64,000 nucleotides of DNA from Candidatus Moraniibacteriota bacterium. GTDB taxonomy: Bacteria; Patescibacteriota; Minisyncoccia; Moranbacterales; UBA1568. The notes below the pieces were generated by a model. The model saw only the letters and a list, made by a program, of their open reading frames with translations, made no database searches and was not told where the DNA came from. The stretch spans positions 9,502-73,501 of the forward strand of contig JBAXOD010000003.1 in assembly GCA_037133435.1 (NCBI GenBank). Reading direction: 5' to 3'. Of the stretch, positions 58,266-64,000 are shown piece after piece; the stretch's first letter is position 1; each line of letters starts with the position of its first letter. The position numbers were made by a program, and so were the translations under genes.

Positions 58266-59123
58266 ATGATACGAAACACGAAGGAACTTTTGATAGAGGC
58301 GAAGAAGGACGGGTATGCCGTCGGAGCGTTCAATACCGTCAATCTCGAGACGAGCAAGGCGATTCTCGATGCAGCCGCCGAACTCTCGGCTCCGGTCATC
58401 GTGCAACTCACGGAAAAGACAATGGAATATGCTGGAGGACGGGTCCTTTTTCAGTTGATCCGGAACATGGCCGAATTCTATCATCCGAACCTTCCTGTGG
58501 CGATCCATCTCGATCACGGGAAGAGTTTCGAGATCGTGGAACGGGCCATCGAGATCGGATTGCCGTCCGTCATGTACGACGGCTCGCGGCACACGTACGG
58601 CGATAATATCCGCACGACCGCGAAGGTCGTCACGTTCGCTCATACGAAAGGTGTTTCCGTACAGGGGGAACTCGGGAATGTTCCGTACCTTTCCGAGGTG
58701 AACGGGGCCATCGATTGGGACAAATATATGACCGATCCCGACGAGGCGGTACGGTTCGTCAAGGATACCGGTATCGATACGCTCGCGGTGGCTATCGGAA
58801 ACGCGCACGGATTCGCGACGGAACGGCCCGAGCCGGACTATGACCGGCTCTCCGAAATCGCCGGAAAAGTCTCCATACCGCTCGTCTTGCATGGCGCATC
58901 CGACTGGGAGGATGGCCGGGCGGAAGAGGCAATCAAGCGCGGCATTTCCTGTTTCAATGTCGATACCGCCATCAAACTCGCGTTCGTCGGTGCGGTGACT
59001 CGGGCCATCGGGGAAGGTGACAAGACCGATATCCGAAGTATCCTCGAGCCGGCTCGCGAGGCGGTCAAGGCGGAAGTGAAACGCAAGATACGGCTGTTCG
59101 GAGCCGCGGGAAAAGCAGCGTAG
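58266..59123 (+). CDS. fba: class II fructose-bisphosphate aldolase
   Basis: GAFN, HLDHG, LHGAS(D) motifs of class II FBA. Confidence 0.85.
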   Translation: MIRNTKELLIEAKKDGYAVGAFNTVNLETSKAILDAAAELSAPVIVQLTEKTMEYAGGRVLFQLIRNMAEFYHPNLPVAIHLDHGKSFEIVERAIEIGLPSVMYDGSRHTYGDNIRTTAKVVTFAHTKGVSVQGELGNVPYLSEVNGAIDWDKYMTDPDEAVRFVKDTGIDTLAVAIGNAHGFATERPEPDYDRLSEIAGKVSIPLVLHGASDWEDGRAEEAIKRGISCFNVDTAIKLAFVGAVTRAIGEGDKTDIRSILEPAREAVKAEVKRKIRLFGAAGKAA

Positions 59124-59230
59124 TCGAACGTCCATCAAGTCCATAAAGTCACGAATCGAAAATCGTGAATATGGTCGGGAGATGGCAAATGTGGAATCAA
59201 AAATCATAAAAAACGATAACACGAAAACAT

Positions 59231-60229
59231 ATGGCGGCGAAAAAAATAGCTATCAACGGTTTCGGGCGGATCGGACGTGCCGCGTTCAAGATCGCACTGC
59301 AGCGGAAAGGAAGCGAAGTGGTCGCGATTAACGATTTGACGGATGCGCCGACTCTGGCGCATCTGCTCCGATTCGATACCGCGTATGGGATATACCGTCA
59401 CCAGGTGAAAGCAGAGAAGGACGCGATCATCGTGGACGGGAAGCGGTACCCGGTCTTCTCCGAGCCGGATCCGAAAAAACTGCCCTGGAAGGATCTCGGT
59501 GTCGATGTCGTCTTGGAATGTACGGGGCGCTTCGTCGACGGGGAATCGGCCGGCCAGCACCTGTTTGCGGGTGCGGGCAAGGTCGTGCTGTCGGCTCCGC
59601 CCAAAGGGGAAAACGAGATCCCGACCTATCTCATCGGCGTGAACGATCGGGAATACAAGGGCGAGGCCATCGTTTCGAACGCGTCGTGCACCACCAACTG
59701 CATCGCGCCGGTCGCGAAGATCATCTCGAAGCGGTTCGGGATCGTGAAGGCCATGATGACGACCATCCATTCGTACACGGCCGATCAGAACCTTGAGGAC
59801 GGTCCGCATCGCGATCTTCGTCGCGCGCGCGCGGCGGCACAAAACATCGTACCGACCACGACCGGCGCGGCGATTTCGGTGGCGCGGCTCCTTCCGGAGA
59901 TCGCGGGGAAGTTCGACGGGCTCGCCATCCGCGTTCCCACGCTCGTCGCGTCGTTGACCGACTTCACTTTCCTCGTCTCGAAGAAGACGACCGCCGAAGA
60001 GGTGAACGCCGCGATCGAGGAAGCGAGCCGGGACAAGGAATACGCCCGGGCGCTTGCCGTCACGCGGGAACCTCTGGTCTCGTCGGATTTCGTCGGCAAT
60101 CCGTTCTCGAGCATCGTCGATCTCTCTCTGACCAAAGTGGTGGACGGCGACCTTGTAAAAGTCATGGCGTGGTATGATAATGAATGGGGATACTCGAACC
60201 GGCTCGTCGAACTCGCCGAAGAAATATAG
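59231..60229 (+). CDS. gap: glyceraldehyde-3-phosphate dehydrogenase
   Basis: INGFGRIGR NAD-binding, active-site SNASCTTNC, WYDNEWGYS. Confidence 0.9.
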   Translation: MAAKKIAINGFGRIGRAAFKIALQRKGSEVVAINDLTDAPTLAHLLRFDTAYGIYRHQVKAEKDAIIVDGKRYPVFSEPDPKKLPWKDLGVDVVLECTGRFVDGESAGQHLFAGAGKVVLSAPPKGENEIPTYLIGVNDREYKGEAIVSNASCTTNCIAPVAKIISKRFGIVKAMMTTIHSYTADQNLEDGPHRDLRRARAAAQNIVPTTTGAAISVARLLPEIAGKFDGLAIRVPTLVASLTDFTFLVSKKTTAEEVNAAIEEASRDKEYARALAVTREPLVSSDFVGNPFSSIVDLSLTKVVDGDLVKVMAWYDNEWGYSNRLVELAEEI

Positions 60230-60340
60230 TCAAAAAACCACAACATACAACATACAACTTACAACTCTCAACCACCACTGTTTTTCCATCCGTGACAGTT
60301 TCCGGGTTGTCCGTTGTCAGTCGTAAGTTGTCAGTTACGT

Positions 60341-61942
60341 ATGTACGACATTCTCATAAAGAACGGCATGGTGATCGACGGCTCGGGAGTACCGATGTTC
60401 CGGGCCGATGTCGCCGTCAAGGAAGGGAAGATAGCTGCCGTCGGGATCTTGGCTTCCGAGACCGCCGAACTGGTGTACGACGCTGACGGATGCTATGTCT
60501 CACCCGGTTTCATCGACGTAAACAATCATTCGGACACGTATTGGGAGCTGTTCCGGTCGCCGGGACTTCCCGGCATGCTCTTGCAGGGCGTGACGACGAT
60601 CGTCGGCGGAAATTCCGGCGCGTCGCTCGCGCCCCTTACTCGGTCCGAGGATATCGTCGCGATCCAAAAATGGACGGATGTCGCCAAGGTGAATTTCAAC
60701 TGGTTGTCGATGAGTGAGCTGCTGACCGAAATCGGACGAAGGCCGCTCTCGGTGAATTTCGCGACGCTGGCGGGTCACGGGACGATACGCAGGAGCGTCC
60801 TCAAAAGTCCGACAAAAAAACCCGACGCGTCGGATATCGAGAAGATGAAACGGCTGCTCGATCAGGCGCTCCGCGACGGTGCCATCGGATTGTCGACCGG
60901 CCTCAAATACACGCATTCCAGGCTTGCCGAGGAAGCGGAGCTCTCCGAACTTTTCGCGTCGGTCGTCCGGGAAAAGATGGTTCACGCGACGTATCTGCGT
61001 GACGAGGGCGAACATCTGCTCGACGCGGTTTCCGAGGCGATCGTTTCGGCGAAGGCTGCCGGCATGTCGCTGCATATCTCGCATCTCAAGGCGGTCGGAA
61101 AACGGAACTGGCATCTCTTCGAGGAGGCGCTTTCGTCCATTCGGAACGCGGCGACCGATGGTCTCGACATCACTTTCGACGTCTATCCGTATACCGCGAG
61201 CGGATCGGTCCTTTATACGCTCCTGCCGGACTGGGTCACCGAAAGCGGACGTAAGACGATGCTTCATCGGCTCAAGGATTTTCAGGTACGGCAGTCGGTC
61301 GTGCGCGACATGAAAGCGAACGAGTATGACTATTCTGAAATGCGGGTCTCGGTATCGACGTTGTCGAAGATGGTCGCTCAGAAGAACGTGAGCGAGATGG
61401 CGACGGCCCGGGGCGTCGCTCCGGAAGAGGTCGTGATCGACGTGCTGCTCGCGAGCGAGGGACGCGCGATCGTCTCGCTCGAGGTCCTGAGCGAACGTAA
61501 CGTCGAGAAGGCCGTACAGGACCCGTTCTCCATCATCAGTTCCAACGGCGTCGGGTATCCGATAGAACATGAGGCTACCGGGGACATGGTCCATCCGAGG
61601 AACTTCGGCACTTTTCCGAGGATATTTTCGCAGTACGTTCGCGAGAAGAAGCTGTTGTCGTGGGAAGAAGCGGTGCACAAGATGACCGGCAAGCCGGCCG
61701 CGAAATTCCATTTCATGGACCGCGGTCTCCTGCGGGAAAACTTTCAGGCCGACATAGTCGTCTTCGATCCGGACACCATCGCCGACCGCTCGACGATGGA
61801 GATTCCGTACCTGTATCCGGACGGGATCCGTATGGTCGTCGTGAACGGGATCGTGGCCGCTCATGGGGGAGTATGGACCGGTTCCCGGTCCGGCCAGTTG
61901 ATACTCAGCAAGAAACGCGGCCCGTCGTTCCTGTTCCGATAA
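60341..61942 (+). CDS. amidohydrolase family protein (D-aminoacylase-like)
   Basis: N-terminal ILIKNGMVIDGSG...DVAVKEGKIAAVG and metal-binding HxH-like FIDVNNHSD. The ORF track start 60314 is a TTG; the ATG is at 60341. Confidence 0.7.
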   Translation: MYDILIKNGMVIDGSGVPMFRADVAVKEGKIAAVGILASETAELVYDADGCYVSPGFIDVNNHSDTYWELFRSPGLPGMLLQGVTTIVGGNSGASLAPLTRSEDIVAIQKWTDVAKVNFNWLSMSELLTEIGRRPLSVNFATLAGHGTIRRSVLKSPTKKPDASDIEKMKRLLDQALRDGAIGLSTGLKYTHSRLAEEAELSELFASVVREKMVHATYLRDEGEHLLDAVSEAIVSAKAAGMSLHISHLKAVGKRNWHLFEEALSSIRNAATDGLDITFDVYPYTASGSVLYTLLPDWVTESGRKTMLHRLKDFQVRQSVVRDMKANEYDYSEMRVSVSTLSKMVAQKNVSEMATARGVAPEEVVIDVLLASEGRAIVSLEVLSERNVEKAVQDPFSIISSNGVGYPIEHEATGDMVHPRNFGTFPRIFSQYVREKKLLSWEEAVHKMTGKPAAKFHFMDRGLLRENFQADIVVFDPDTIADRSTMEIPYLYPDGIRMVVVNGIVAAHGGVWTGSRSGQLILSKKRGPSFLFR

Positions 61943-62075
61943 GGGGGACCGCGCCGCGTATCGGGAAACGATCGTCCTGAAATCGTTTCATGGACGATTT
62001 TTCGTCTCCGAACGGTTGATGATAACGCGAAAGGATGCTAGCATCGATTCCAAGATAGATACTAACAAAACCGGA

Positions 62076-64000
62076 ATGAAATCGGGACCACAGGCGGATT
62101 CATTCATTTTTACGGATTATGGGCTGAACCCGGAGACGAGGGAGGCCGTTTTTCGCTATGAGATAGGGCTTTCAGACCGTCCGTCGCTTTCCTTCACGGA
62201 CACGGTCGTGTTTCCAAAAGAATTCTCGCTAGAGGGGATTCCGGAAGCGTTGCTCGGGAATACGCTGCGAAGCCTTCATCTGATGCTCGGTATCAGTTAC
62301 TACAAGCTGTATTGTCCGCCGGAAATCATCCTCTCGACGGATCCGATCTCGAAAGAGCAGGCTGACTTTTGGAACGTCATCTACGGAAGGGGTCTCGGTG
62401 AATTCTACTATCGCAACGGTCTTGACCCGGATATCCGGATACGGTTCCCGTATGACGAAACGCTGACCGCCCGCCCCGCTTCCATCCGGAGACAGGACCG
62501 GTCGCTCGTCGGGATCGGGGGAGGGAAGGATTCCATCGTGGCGGGAGAACTCCTCAAGGAACACGGTGACGATTTTTCGGCACTGCTCATCGAAACGCAG
62601 AAGGGGTCTCCCATTTCGGATGCCGTCACGGAACTGATGGGCGTCCCGTCCGTGAACGTTTCCCATATTCTCGATCCGAAAATCTTCGAGGTGCACGAAG
62701 GCGCCTACAACGGACACATCCCGATTTCCGCGGTGTTCGCGTTCATCGGTTACCTGGCGGCGATCCTCTACGACTATTCGTACGTGGTCGTCGGGAACGA
62801 GCGCAGCAGCGATTTCGGGAACGTGCGATGCGGCGAGACGGAAGTGAACCATCAGTGGAGCAAGTCCTCCGAGTTCGAAAGCCTTTTCAGGGGGTATGCG
62901 GACCGGTTTCTTTCCCCGGACATCGTCTATTTTTCCCTACTCCGACCGTTTCATGAGATCCGTATCGCGGAAATGTTTTCGAAACATGGGAAATATTTCC
63001 CGATCTTTTCGAGCTGCAACCGGAACGTGCGGATTTTCAAGGAACGTCCCGAGACGAAATGGTGCGGGGAATGTCCGAAATGCCTCTTCGTGTTCACGAT
63101 GTTTGCCCCGTTCCTGAATCGCGAAGAACTCGTCCGGATTTTCGGAAGGAACCTCTTCGAGGAAGAGTCGCTCATCCCGTCGTTCGCGGATATTTTCGGA
63201 TTCGGGAATATGAAACCGTTCGACTGCGTCGGCACGTTCGAAGAGGCGAGGGCGGCGCTCTTCCTCTCGCGGGAACGGTATGCGGACACCGTCGTCATGA
63301 AACGATTCGTGGGAATGATAGAACAACCGGAGGAGCTGATACAAGAGACATTCTCGACCAGTTCCGCTTTGCTCATTCCGACGCGTTTCGGATTGTACGG
63401 CATGAAGAACGCGCTCATTCTCGGGTACGGGAAGGAAGGAAAGATAACCGAGCAATATCTTCGGAAGTTCTTTCCTGATCTTGAGATCGCCGTGGCGGAC
63501 AAGACGACGGATCCGGAGTATCTGCAAAAGCAGGGCGGATACGACCTGGTGGTCAAGACGCCGGGAATCCGAAAGACCGCGGTCACGGTCCCGTATATCA
63601 CCGCGACGAACCTGTTCTTCTCCACGCTCCGAAACGTCGTCATCGGCGTGACGGGCAGCAAGGGAAAGAGCACCACCGCCTCGCTCATCTTCTCCATCCT
63701 GAAAGAAGCCGGAAAGAAAACGCGGCTCGTGGGGAATATCGGTACGCCGATGCTTGGCGTGTTGCTCGAACCGATCGATCCGGATGAGATATTCGTCGTG
63801 GAGCTCTCGAGTTATCAGCTTGACGATATCGCGTATTCTCCGGATATCGCGGTCGCGCTCAACCTGTTCCCCGAGCACATGAATTATCACGGCGATGCCG
63901 AACGATATTATGATGCGAAAAAGAATATCATGCGGTTTCAGGGTCCCGGAGATATTCTCGTGTACGATGCGAACGATCCGAGGTTGCGCGCGTGGGCGCA
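62076..64000 (+). CDS. fusion protein: N-terminal MurL-like (PP-loop-like, putative UDP-MurNAc-L-Ala-L-Glu epimerase) domain plus C-terminal MurD-like ligase domain; 3'-truncated by the window edge
   Basis: Not in the ORF track because it has no stop inside the window; translated by hand from the ATG at 62076 with no internal stops. The C-terminal part has MurD motifs (GVTGSKGKSTTASLI, ELSSYQLDD, NLFPEHMNYHG). The N-terminal ~330 aa have SLVGIGGGKDSIVAGELL (PP-loop-like SGGxDS). Confidence 0.6.
   Translation, partial: MKSGPQADSFIFTDYGLNPETREAVFRYEIGLSDRPSLSFTDTVVFPKEFSLEGIPEALLGNTLRSLHLMLGISYYKLYCPPEIILSTDPISKEQADFWNVIYGRGLGEFYYRNGLDPDIRIRFPYDETLTARPASIRRQDRSLVGIGGGKDSIVAGELLKEHGDDFSALLIETQKGSPISDAVTELMGVPSVNVSHILDPKIFEVHEGAYNGHIPISAVFAFIGYLAAILYDYSYVVVGNERSSDFGNVRCGETEVNHQWSKSSEFESLFRGYADRFLSPDIVYFSLLRPFHEIRIAEMFSKHGKYFPIFSSCNRNVRIFKERPETKWCGECPKCLFVFTMFAPFLNREELVRIFGRNLFEEESLIPSFADIFGFGNMKPFDCVGTFEEARAALFLSRERYADTVVMKRFVGMIEQPEELIQETFSTSSALLIPTRFGLYGMKNALILGYGKEGKITEQYLRKFFPDLEIAVADKTTDPEYLQKQGGYDLVVKTPGIRKTAVTVPYITATNLFFSTLRNVVIGVTGSKGKSTTASLIFSILKEAGKKTRLVGNIGTPMLGVLLEPIDPDEIFVVELSSYQLDDIAYSPDIAVALNLFPEHMNYHGDAERYYDAKKNIMRFQGPGDILVYDANDPRLRAWA

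Overview
This 64 kb window is gene-dense and GC-rich (roughly 55-60% by eye), with occasional AT-rich islands, and is mostly plus-strand housekeeping genes from a compact bacterial genome. It carries five aminoacyl-tRNA synthetases (argS, ileS, glyQS, metG, leuS), the infC-rpmI-rplT operon, and a tmRNA (ssrA) next to smpB. It also carries a complete F1F0 ATP synthase operon (atpBEFHAGDC), tgt, recO, a P-type ATPase, folD, uppP, one tRNA-Leu(CAA), parAB, galT-tpiA-fba-gap, and a MurL-like/MurD fusion that runs off the 3' end. The gene content (three Avd-like four-helix-bundle genes, a MurL-MurD fusion, many reduced proteins) is compatible with a Patescibacteria/CPR-like organism; that placement is inference only. 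The most interesting feature is a complete diversity-generating retroelement (DGR) at about 49.0-53.5 kb. Its template repeat (TR) and variable repeat (VR) are 116 bp and differ only at TR adenines. An Avd gene and a reverse transcriptase with the DGR-type LGxxxSQ motif lie next to them. The VR sits at the 3' end of an 892-aa MoxR-like AAA+ ATPase gene, and the RT overlaps a downstream vWA-domain gene by an ATGA start/stop overlap. Second, at least three small repeat families saturate the intergenic space and are also inserted in-frame into essential genes: one hairpin family into ileS, glyQS and atpA, and ACAACTN heptamer arrays into tgt and leuS. This resembles Rickettsia palindromic elements. 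The other two families are a GGATTGC...CTCGCAAAGACAGA hairpin and a CCACCCCTCAGTC-hairpin-AGCTCCCCTCGGGCAGG element. Other oddities are a NUDIX domain embedded in LeuRS, 4HB genes bounded by inverted repeats (one inside the atp operon), and a MITE with 9-bp target-site duplications. All coordinates were derived by hand from the sequence and ORF track and may be off by 1-2 nt.
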